From a virus, in UHGV virus genome UHGV-0234047: a stretch of DNA of 43,253 nt, one strand, 5' to 3'. Numbering within the stretch: position 1 is the first letter of the stretch; each line of letters begins with the position of its first letter. The translations under genes were made by a program, and so were the position numbers. The notes beneath the pieces are model-generated. The model saw nothing but the letters and a program-made list of their open reading frames with translations. It was not told the origin of the DNA and made no database searches. Below, one piece after another: positions 35,092 through 42,179 of the stretch.

Positions 35092-35754
35092 CTATATCGC
35101 CGGGAGAATCAGATCCGGCCTGCGTCCCGTGACCACACAGTCCCAGAACCGCCTTTCGGCCTCAACCAGATACTTGATGTCCTCCTCAACGTCCTTTCGC
35201 TCTATAAAATAATGTTTGGTTGTAATCCGCAACTCCCCGCCCCATTCGCTTTTGAGCTGGGCTTTAAGGACTGCAAAATCATATTCCGTCACGGCCAGGT
35301 AATGCAGCGCCTGACAGAAATAATTATCCGGTATCCGGTCACGCCACTTCTCACGCTGCATGCTTTGCAGGATATTGGTGGTCTTTATTTCCAGGATTCC
35401 GCGGCGACCATTCTTATCCACAAGCTCGCCATCCAGGGAGGCATGCATCCACGGATAGGCCGTATTTGTAAACATGTTATCCTCGTCATAGGTCACTCGG
35501 TATTGTGGATAATCCATGGCGAATAAGGCTCTCAGATGTTTTTCCGCTTCGGTACCATACCTGACGTATTCCCGGTCCGATATATCCTCCGGAATAACCA
35601 AGCCACGTTTTTCTTCCCAAAGCTGCACATTGTCTTTGTAAGGGTTCAGCCCTACGCAAGCACTGGCATCAGAGCCGCCGATATGCCCCTTACGTCCTTC
35701 CAGCCATTCCTCCCGGCTTTTAAATATGCGCTTGCTTACTGACATCTTGTTCAC
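35092..35754 (-). CDS. YqaJ-like viral recombination exonuclease (lambda Exo family)
   Basis: ..GHIGGSDASACVGLNPYK.. and the downstream E...K PD-(D/E)xK residues. Confidence 0.85.
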   Translation of the reverse strand: MNKMSVSKRIFKSREEWLEGRKGHIGGSDASACVGLNPYKDNVQLWEEKRGLVIPEDISDREYVRYGTEAEKHLRALFAMDYPQYRVTYDEDNMFTNTAYPWMHASLDGELVDKNGRRGILEIKTTNILQSMQREKWRDRIPDNYFCQALHYLAVTEYDFAVLKAQLKSEWGGELRITTKHYFIERKDVEEDIKYLVEAERRFWDCVVTGRRPDLILPAI

Positions 35755-35905
35755 CTTCCAATCTCATTAACTTCCCGCAGTTTGGACACGGCGTAATCTC
35801 GCCCAGCAGGGACCAGTGTCGCAGGCCACAACTGCATACCATTGTAAAAAATGGTGCTGTAATCTTTACATGGCTGCTTGGGTAATACTCAGGCCGGGCC
35901 ATCAT
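35720..35905 (-). CDS. Zinc-ribbon small protein (61 aa)
   Basis: ..CSCG...CPNCG.. Confidence 0.4.
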   Translation of the reverse strand: MMARPEYYPSSHVKITAPFFTMVCSCGLRHWSLLGEITPCPNCGKLMRLEGEQDVSKQAHI

Positions 35906-36198
35906 TGCACCATATGATTCAGCTGGTCCGCCACTTCTTGAACGAGAGCCTGATATTCTTGGACGTTTTTTCCAATCTCATGTTTTAAAAGGCTCTGTAT
36001 TCCATTTATAACATCCTCATTAACTCCAGCATCTCTTAAATCAACATGTACACAGGAATCGGGTGACACCAAAATGATATTGATTTTACTGCCTTCCAAT
36101 ATGCCCAGGGCCTTTAAACGGGTCCCTAATTTACTTAATGTAGCTGTTGTGTTATTCATTACGTTTACTAATTCATTTTTACTTAATTCTTTCTTCAT
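35902..36198 (-). CDS. Hypothetical protein (98 aa)
   Basis: ORF. Confidence 0.4.
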   Translation of the reverse strand: MKKELSKNELVNVMNNTTATLSKLGTRLKALGILEGSKINIILVSPDSCVHVDLRDAGVNEDVINGIQSLLKHEIGKNVQEYQALVQEVADQLNHMVQ

Positions 36199-36248
36199 CT
36201 TGTAATCCTCCGATATCTCCCTTATAATAAGGGTGTGTTGTTTTTTAG

Positions 36249-36482
36249 TTATTGGACCTCTTCGCGGTTGCCGCCGCCGGGGTCCTTTTTTCTCCTTCGG
36301 AGCTCAAATAGATATTCCATCAGCTCCGCCACTTCCGTTGCTGTGTACAATGCATCCGGATTATGTTTAGCGCACTCGCTTATATATCCGGTGACTCTTG
36401 GGAATGCCGCTTCAAAGTCTTGGCACCCAGATTTCTTTATGTAATTCAGCGCTGTCAGCTTCTTGACCATCTTTTTTCTCAA
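36249..36482 (-). CDS. Hypothetical protein (77 aa)
   Basis: ORF. Confidence 0.4.
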   Translation of the reverse strand: MRKKMVKKLTALNYIKKSGCQDFEAAFPRVTGYISECAKHNPDALYTATEVAELMEYLFELRRRKKDPGGGNREEVQ

Positions 36483-36497
36483 TCATTTCACCTCCTC

Positions 36498-36764
36498 TCA
36501 CAACCTCACGCCCATGGCCAGCGCCATAATCCACCCAGTTGCCACCACCATCCCGCCCATCAGGATGACCGCCGGCACAATCCGCTTAGCTGCCCTCATG
36601 ATTGGGCCGTCCCGGCGTCTCCTGCGGTGCCGCACCTCAATCACCCGCTCCCTACCCATGACATGGGTCAGTGCTATGGTAGCCGGTCCTACAAAATCCA
36701 CACGCCAGCCGGGATACTGGACCGCTGCCTTAGCACGGATGGATAACTCAGTTACTTTTGTCAT
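36498..36764 (-). CDS. Hypothetical protein with a C-terminal TM helix (88 aa), GC-rich
   Basis: ORF; RRRRRD stretch followed by a hydrophobic tail. Confidence 0.35.
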   Translation of the reverse strand: MTKVTELSIRAKAAVQYPGWRVDFVGPATIALTHVMGRERVIEVRHRRRRRDGPIMRAAKRIVPAVILMGGMVVATGWIMALAMGVRL

Positions 36765-36966
36765 TGGCTTGTCCCTCCTTCCTCTATTTCGGCTACCGGA
36801 TACGTCATAATAAATCGTTCCAGGTCACTCCCTCGTATCTTCCGCTGGCCCAGGAGCAAAGACGGAAGCTTCTTTGTATTGATAAGCTCATACACCTTGG
36901 TTGGATTAACCCTGAGAACGCCTGCCGCCTCCTTGACTGTGTATATTGGCTTGTAAGGCTCCACCA
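36761..36966 (-). CDS. Excisionase-family HTH DNA-binding protein (candidate Xis / transcriptional regulator)
   Basis: ..YTVKEAAGVLRVNPTKVYELINTKKLPSLLLGQRKIRGSDLERFI.. matches the excisionase/MerR-like HTH pattern. The likely start is MVEPYK at 36966 (the track start is 70 nt further upstream). Confidence 0.55.
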
Positions 36967-36987
36967 TCGCTTTTATCCTCCTTCCTC

Positions 36988-37203
36988 TCATAGTCCCTGC
37001 ACGGATACCACCGTGTCCGCTCCGGGCACTGGCCATGCCGGATTCTGAATAATCGAATTCCTCACAGTTAATATCGTGTCAGTATTCTTTCTAAGAGTTT
37101 CAGAATCAATGTCATTACGTTTGGAGTCCTCTGCAAGTAGTATCACCTGTTCGTAGAGGATTTCTTCTATTTCTGTAATCTTACTAACAGCCATTTCTCT
37201 CAC
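36988..37203 (-). CDS. Hypothetical protein (71 aa)
   Basis: ORF. Confidence 0.35.
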   Translation of the reverse strand: MREMAVSKITEIEEILYEQVILLAEDSKRNDIDSETLRKNTDTILTVRNSIIQNPAWPVPGADTVVSVQGL

Positions 37204-37227
37204 CTCCTTTCCCAGTTGACATATTGT

Positions 37228-38031
37228 TTACACTGCCTCGCGATATACTACAGTACATGTTTTCTGATTGCCCTTAGAATCCACGTAAGGGATTCTGGCG
37301 GGATAAAAATTTTCTATCAGCCACAGTCTCACATCTTCCAATACGGTTGGCTTATACTGTACTGTCACATCTTCATGCCCATTCCGGCTGAACGCTGTGG
37401 TAACAATCTCACTGCTCGGAATATGCAGCTTTTTAATGATGGCACTTACGGCCTGATTGTGAGGCTTCCCGCTGGCAGAGTAGATACCAAGTTCCTTGGC
37501 TATCTCTGTACAGTCATAGAGCTTTGGCATGTCCTCTTTATCTGTAAGGAGCGGTGCTTTGACTTCATACCCTAAATCTGTGTACAGCCGTTTTACCTCT
37601 GCCGCCACATATACCGGTTCCACCCTTGCCTTCTCCAACGTGCTCATGACATTCTTCACCATCATGTTGACGGAAGAAAGCGGCAGGCGTTTGGTCTTGT
37701 CCTGCTTCGGTATCTCATAAGAACCAGTCTTACGGAGGGATGGCAAGACTTCATCAAATACCCAGGATTCAAAACGTTCTGCTGATTCCAGCTTGCTGTG
37801 GGTGATGAGACGATACATGTCGCCTTCGGGGATTAATGCTACTTCCTGACCACCCTCTTTAAAGCTGTCGTGTTTCACGACACCCTTGCAATGTCTTGCA
37901 ATTGCGTCTCTGGGATTGCTGTAGCCCAATGCGTTGGCTACATCTTTTCCTACAAAATAAATTTTTCCTTCAATCTCTACAGTCCGTATCTGCCCGAACT
38001 CGGCGTTGTTAAAAATCTGTAGATGGTTCAT
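37228..38031 (-). CDS. Antirepressor (Bro-N domain plus KilA-C/ANT domain)
   Basis: The N-terminus ..FNNAEFGQIRTVEIEGKIYFVGKDVANALGY.. is a classic Bro-N domain. A C-terminal KilAC-like region follows. Confidence 0.8.
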   Translation of the reverse strand: MNHLQIFNNAEFGQIRTVEIEGKIYFVGKDVANALGYSNPRDAIARHCKGVVKHDSFKEGGQEVALIPEGDMYRLITHSKLESAERFESWVFDEVLPSLRKTGSYEIPKQDKTKRLPLSSVNMMVKNVMSTLEKARVEPVYVAAEVKRLYTDLGYEVKAPLLTDKEDMPKLYDCTEIAKELGIYSASGKPHNQAVSAIIKKLHIPSSEIVTTAFSRNGHEDVTVQYKPTVLEDVRLWLIENFYPARIPYVDSKGNQKTCTVVYREAV

Positions 38032-38171
38032 TTTATGTATCCTCCTTGCTTGTCTTTTTATCCCCCTCGCTTTATACTGTACTTACAGGGTCCCGCCAGG
38101 GCCGAGTAATAAAGAAAGGAGATGAGGATGCTATGACATGGGATGAGGCAAAAAATTTCACATGAAATGAT

Positions 38172-38462
38172 TTGTCCAATTTCAAATGGGAAGATATCGA
38201 ATTGGATAAATACGAAATTCTAGCCAAGGCTGAGAATGGTTCTGTTGTTTTGCCACCTGATATTAGAGAGCAGTTACTATCTCTATGTACTGAAATTCCA
38301 GAACTCCATGAGAAAAAAGCTTCTAAATCAAGTATGAAGACCATTTCCGATTTTCTCTCAGTGGTATCATTGCTTTTGGATATAGCCAAAAAAGCTAATG
38401 ACCTTGGTCTAGGAATTATGCTAAAACAGCTTATGGATTCACTTTCTTCTTATCTGCGCTAA
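38172..38462 (+). CDS. Hypothetical protein (96 aa; TTG start) or part of a gene interrupted by an in-frame TGA. An upstream in-frame ATG at 38133 is followed by a TGA at 38163.
   Basis: The ORF runs antisense to the general direction of the region; the call is uncertain. Confidence 0.25.
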   Translation: MSNFKWEDIELDKYEILAKAENGSVVLPPDIREQLLSLCTEIPELHEKKASKSSMKTISDFLSVVSLLLDIAKKANDLGLGIMLKQLMDSLSSYLR

Positions 38463-38643
38463 GCTTTAACTGATGCAATAGCAAAAATTCAATAATGATT
38501 AATAAATGGAGCCGCGTGATTGCCCGCCAGCAGTCATCAAAGCTCTGTTCAATTACATATTTTGCGCTACACTTTTCCGAATATCGCTTCCTTCCTAAGA
38601 TGTTTACCTTCTTACAGGGAGCGATATTTTGATTTTTGTTCAT
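38431..38643 (-). CDS. Hypothetical small protein (70 aa, several Cys)
   Basis: RBS AAAGGAGGGTGA upstream of the ATG. Overlaps the 3' end of the plus-strand ORF, so only one of the two is likely to be real. Confidence 0.3.
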   Translation of the reverse strand: MNKNQNIAPCKKVNILGRKRYSEKCSAKYVIEQSFDDCWRAITRLHLLIIIEFLLLHQLKLSADKKKVNP

Positions 38644-38725
38644 CCTCTTTCACCCTCCTTTTCATAGTTGACACACGCATGTGATAGTGGTATAGTTGTT
38701 TTATCGAACGTGTGTTTGTTTCCCC

Positions 38726-38950
38726 TTATGTTTTGTCACATTTCGTGTCATTGTTGTTAAAAAAAATAACCTGGACACTTTTATGGTAATACTTGGCAAT
38801 ACGAATTTTTATTTCATCTCGCGGTATCCTACTACCATTTTCATACATCGACAAAGCTGACTTGCTGATTCCTACAGCTTTTGCAACTTCTTCTTGGGTT
38901 TTTTCACCCCTTAGTTGTATAAGACGTTTAGAAATAGCTTTGGCATCCAT
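38726..38950 (-). CDS. XRE-family HTH regulator (Cro-like, first gene of the early leftward operon)
   Basis: ..KAISKRLIQLRGEKTQEEVAKAVGISKSALSMYENGSRIP.. is a canonical XRE HTH. ATG at 38950 with AAGGAGG 7 nt upstream. Confidence 0.8.
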   Translation of the reverse strand: MDAKAISKRLIQLRGEKTQEEVAKAVGISKSALSMYENGSRIPRDEIKIRIAKYYHKSVQVIFFNNNDTKCDKT

Positions 38951-38956
38951 AGACAT

Positions 38957-39109
38957 ACCTCCTTTCTAGGCTGACACATTTCGTGTCTATTTATGTTATA
39001 TCACTGTATACACTTTGTGTCAATACTTAAACCAATATTTCGTTACAAAATGTGTCACTCCCCTTTACATTGTTCACATTATGTGATATTATTTAGTTAG
39101 AAACGAGGT
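38957..39109. promoter_or_regulatory. Genetic switch region with divergent promoters and operator repeats. Minus-strand TTGACA-17-TATAAC (about 39002-39030). Plus-strand TTTACA-17-TgaTATTAT (about 39056-39092). Operator-like palindromes GACAC-N5-GTGTC (38967-38981) and TCACA-tta-TGTGA (39075-39087), plus GTGTCA half-sites at about 39016 and 39051.
   Basis: Hexamers and palindromes read directly between the divergent XRE genes. Confidence 0.55.
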
Positions 39110-39115
39110 GTGAAC

Positions 39116-39460
39116 ATGGGAGACTTTAATAATATTTTTAAATCATTACGACAAACTCGTGGATATTCTCAAGCAGACTTATCAGAAGCCTTGGAGATTT
39201 CAAGAAGTTCTATTAGTATGTACGAAAACGGTAATAGAGAGCCAGATTTTGAGACTTTAGAAAAAATTGCTGATTTCTTCAATGTGGACATAGATTATCT
39301 TTTAGGAAGAAAAAAGACCACTACCACCATTCTACCTGAGAAAAAGGCTTATGAACCAACATATGAAGATATCCAGAGCCTTATTGCCCGAAACGGAAAA
39401 AAACTCACGGTCGAACAAAAACAGGATATCATCAGAACTTTATTATCTGATGATGATTAA
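39116..39460 (+). CDS. XRE-family HTH repressor (CI/ImmR-like lysogeny repressor)
   Basis: ..LRQTRGYSQADLSEALEISRSSISMYENGNREP.. is an XRE HTH. Followed directly by an ImmA-like peptidase gene. ATG at 39116 with GAGGTG upstream. Confidence 0.8.
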   Translation: MGDFNNIFKSLRQTRGYSQADLSEALEISRSSISMYENGNREPDFETLEKIADFFNVDIDYLLGRKKTTTTILPEKKAYEPTYEDIQSLIARNGKKLTVEQKQDIIRTLLSDDD

Positions 39461-39475
39461 AAGGAGTGGTTTTGT

Positions 39476-40186
39476 TTGGAACAATGTGATTTTTTTCGCA
39501 TTATTTTAAGTACATATGAAATATGCGACATTAGAAGCTTCCCTATTGATTGTATAGAAGTCATTAAAAGATTAAAGATTCCTCTATTTAAGTACTCTGA
39601 GCTATCCGCCAAAAAGGAGCGGGAATGTTACAGGGTAAGCAATGATGCCTTTAAATTAAAAGGGAAAATTTATTACAATGATGCTTTCCCGTATATTTAT
39701 CGCCAACGCTTTACGTTAATGCACGAAGTTGGTCACATACTATTGGGGCATGTTGGAGATACAAAAGAAAACGATGATGAAGCTGATGCATTTGCCAGCC
39801 ATTTCCTGGCTCCACGGATTATGATACATAAATATGGATACCGGGATGCAGAACAACTGCATGATGCTTTCGGTCTGTCCTATCAGGCATCTAACAGAGC
39901 TTTGATGTCCTACAAGGAATGGTTCCGCAACATCTCCTACAGCGTAACCAGAAAGCCCACAGAACCAGAATTACAGCTGGAGCATATTTTCTTTCCAGAG
40001 ACAAATATTATTCCGCTCATGGAAGGTATTGTCCAATCGGCCAGGGGGTGTTATACTGAAGGGGGTGAGGATGGCTACTCCGAATTTGATGAACGTTCTA
40101 ATTTTATGCGTTTCTTAAGCAAATGGCACGGAGACCGTGGCTTTAGCCTTGCAGAAAACAAATGGCTTTACGGGAATGATTTATAA
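39476..40186 (+). CDS. ImmA/IrrE-family zinc metallopeptidase (anti-repressor protease)
   Basis: HEXXH motif in ..LMHEVGHILLGHVGD.. Gene order immR-immA as in ICEBs1 and prophage ImmR/ImmA modules. Confidence 0.8.
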   Translation: MEQCDFFRIILSTYEICDIRSFPIDCIEVIKRLKIPLFKYSELSAKKERECYRVSNDAFKLKGKIYYNDAFPYIYRQRFTLMHEVGHILLGHVGDTKENDDEADAFASHFLAPRIMIHKYGYRDAEQLHDAFGLSYQASNRALMSYKEWFRNISYSVTRKPTEPELQLEHIFFPETNIIPLMEGIVQSARGCYTEGGEDGYSEFDERSNFMRFLSKWHGDRGFSLAENKWLYGNDL

Positions 40187-40233
40187 GAAATAGCTTATTT
40201 TAATAAATAAACACGCATAAAGCTAAGGAGGAT

Positions 40234-40794
40234 TTGCTTGTGAAAAAAATGAAGGTATTTATTACATCCGTTCTTCTATCATCTGCGTTAAGCATAACTG
40301 CACTGGCAGGGGGATGGAAACAGGACGATATTGGATGGTGGTATCAGAATGATGATGGCAATTATCCTGCCGAGGTTTTAAAACAGATTGATGGCCTGTG
40401 GTACTACTTTAACAATTCAGGGTATATGCAGATTGGTAATGTTCAATTTTCTGATGGATGGCTCAATTTCCGACCGGATGGAAGTTGCTCCAACCCCATC
40501 AGTCAGACGGATGGGATTCCAGTTCGTGCGCCCGGTGCTGGCTGGATTGCCTACAATGGTATTCCAACATCTACATCTATGGCAAACGAAATTATAGACG
40601 GACGTGTAGTTCTGCACAATGGGGTTTACTGGATGTCACCTGATTTTTATAATGACCTAAAAAATCTAGTTGAGCAGGAAGAGCCAGTAAAAAGAGAATC
40701 CACTTCCGCTCTCCAACCAGGGACTAAAGTGGACTTTTCTGGCGGATACAGTGATGGTGATTATGACGACGAATATGACGATGCGGATTACTAA
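40234..40794 (+). CDS. Secreted protein with cell-wall-binding (choline-binding-type) repeats and an acidic C-terminal tail (lysogeny-module moron)
   Basis: Signal peptide MKVFITSVLLSSALSITALA. Repeats GWKQDDIGWWYQNDDGNY / GLWYYFNNSGYMQIGNVQFSDGWLNF. The C-terminus is DGDYDDEYDDADY. RBS AAGGAGG. Confidence 0.7.
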   Translation: MLVKKMKVFITSVLLSSALSITALAGGWKQDDIGWWYQNDDGNYPAEVLKQIDGLWYYFNNSGYMQIGNVQFSDGWLNFRPDGSCSNPISQTDGIPVRAPGAGWIAYNGIPTSTSMANEIIDGRVVLHNGVYWMSPDFYNDLKNLVEQEEPVKRESTSALQPGTKVDFSGGYSDGDYDDEYDDADY

Positions 40795-40837
40795 CTCAAG
40801 CATACCGTAACAAAAAGTAATGGTTATGATTTAAAGG

Positions 40838-40906
40838 CAAGAAGCCCACGGAACCGGAGTTGCTTTAGACTCGCAGAGGATAAATGGCTCTATGGGAATG
40901 ACTTAT
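40838..40906 (+). pseudogene. Remnant of an immA-like gene. It matches two separated 3' segments of the 39476..40186 gene (39951-39972 and 40141-40186), including a paralogous ..FRLAEDKWLYGNDL-stop ending.
   Basis: aagcccacggaaccggagttgc resembles aagcccacagaaccagaattac. tttagactcgcagaggataaatggctctatgggaatgacttatga resembles tttagccttgcagaaaacaaatggctttacgggaatgatttataa. Confidence 0.5.
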
Positions 40907-40969
40907 GATTAATCAGCCTATGGCTTTTTAATAAAATTCGGCTTAGCCGTTAACTTAGGAGGAATGTGT

Positions 40970-41329
40970 ATGAAACAGAAATTAAGCAAATGTCTACTTA
41001 TCTCATTTATATTAGGTGTATTATACCTGATATATTCGGCCACATACTGGTCAGGTGCCGCTGGGAGCGGAGCGTCTACTGCTGAACAGCTTGGTTCCGG
41101 TTTAGCTACTGCAATAGTAATGCCTCATCTTGTATTTACTGCGCTTGCCGTGATTTTTAATGGATTAGGACTCTTCATGAAAAAGCGCGGATTTGCTTTA
41201 ACTGGAGCCATACTCTATACAGTTGCTTTAGTATTATTCCCAGTTTATTTTATGTTTGTAATCATACAGATGATTTTATCATATGTCGGATTTGCCAGAA
41301 TGAAAAAAGAAACTAAGCAGACAAATTAA
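40970..41329 (+). CDS. Small integral membrane protein (about 119 aa, 4 TM)
   Basis: RBS TAGGAGG. ATG at 40970 (MKQKLSK..). Four hydrophobic helices. Confidence 0.6.
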   Translation: MKQKLSKCLLISFILGVLYLIYSATYWSGAAGSGASTAEQLGSGLATAIVMPHLVFTALAVIFNGLGLFMKKRGFALTGAILYTVALVLFPVYFMFVIIQMILSYVGFARMKKETKQTN

Positions 41330-41350
41330 ATATTTTGAGAGGTCCTACAA

Positions 41351-41983
41351 ATGAAAAAAAACATTTTATTAGTTTTAACATTACTTGCCATAGTTCTATC
41401 TGGATGTGCCGCACCAGCTGCTACTGCCCCAGACAACTCTGCTGAACTGGAAAGTCTTACAGCTCGGGTAGACGAACTCGAAAAAGAAAACTCAAATTTA
41501 AAGGCCCAGTTGGAAGCCACTACGGAAGCTGAAACCACCGAAGCGGCATCTGCATCTGGTTCTGTATTAGCAATTGGTGAAGAAGGCACATTAAAAGACT
41601 GGTCCGTCGTGGTCACAAATGCTGAAATAACGGATTCCATCAAAGAAAATGATTATTATGGTTTCTCTCCAGAAGAGGGAAACAAGTATATAGCCATTGA
41701 TGTAACCGTATCCAATAACGGTAAAAATGCTGCGAATTTTTTACCGAGTTTCGGTATGGGAGATGATGTCTCAGCAAAAGTATTGTATCAAGGCGACTAT
41801 GAGTTTAGTGCGACTAATTTACTCGGATACAGTAAGAGCCTTTATGATACAAGCGTCAATCCGTTATCCACAAAAAGCGGCATAGTAGCATTTGAAATAC
41901 CTGATGCAGTGGCATCCGCTGATGAGGAACTCATATTAGTAATCTCCGCTGGTAAAGATAATTTACAATTCAAAGTTCGTTAA
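41351..41983 (+). CDS. Lipoprotein with an N-terminal coiled coil and a C-terminal DUF4352-like beta domain
   Basis: Lipobox LSGC-A. Coiled coil LESLTARVDELEKENSNLKAQLEA. The C-terminal pattern ..WSVVVTNAEI....YYGFSPEEGNKYIAIDVTVSNNGKNA..F..............Y....E.P resembles DUF4352. Confidence 0.65.
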   Translation: MKKNILLVLTLLAIVLSGCAAPAATAPDNSAELESLTARVDELEKENSNLKAQLEATTEAETTEAASASGSVLAIGEEGTLKDWSVVVTNAEITDSIKENDYYGFSPEEGNKYIAIDVTVSNNGKNAANFLPSFGMGDDVSAKVLYQGDYEFSATNLLGYSKSLYDTSVNPLSTKSGIVAFEIPDAVASADEELILVISAGKDNLQFKVR

Positions 41984-42144
41984 AGCAAGCAAAAAGCCCC
42001 AGGAGCTACCAACTCCCAGAGCTTCTCACATAGATTTCTCTTACCGGGTCGCCCCAGAAAAATATAATTAATTACCCTAAGCAAGTAAATTATATCATTC
42101 CTGGAGCGTCCTGGCAAGGGGCGTATTAATTTTACCCAAAATCC

Positions 42145-42160
42145 GTTGCGGTATCGCAAC
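42145..42160. repeat. Copy 3 of the recurrent palindrome (GTTGCGGTATCGCAAC, 1 mismatch), 20 nt upstream of the int start
   Basis: Read directly. Confidence 0.85.
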
Positions 42161-42179
42161 AACACAGGAGGAATGATAT

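Noticed and set aside
38072-38389. 105-aa minus-strand ORF
   Set aside because: Low-complexity Ser-rich translation lying antisense to the plus-strand ORF in an AT-rich spacer. No RBS.
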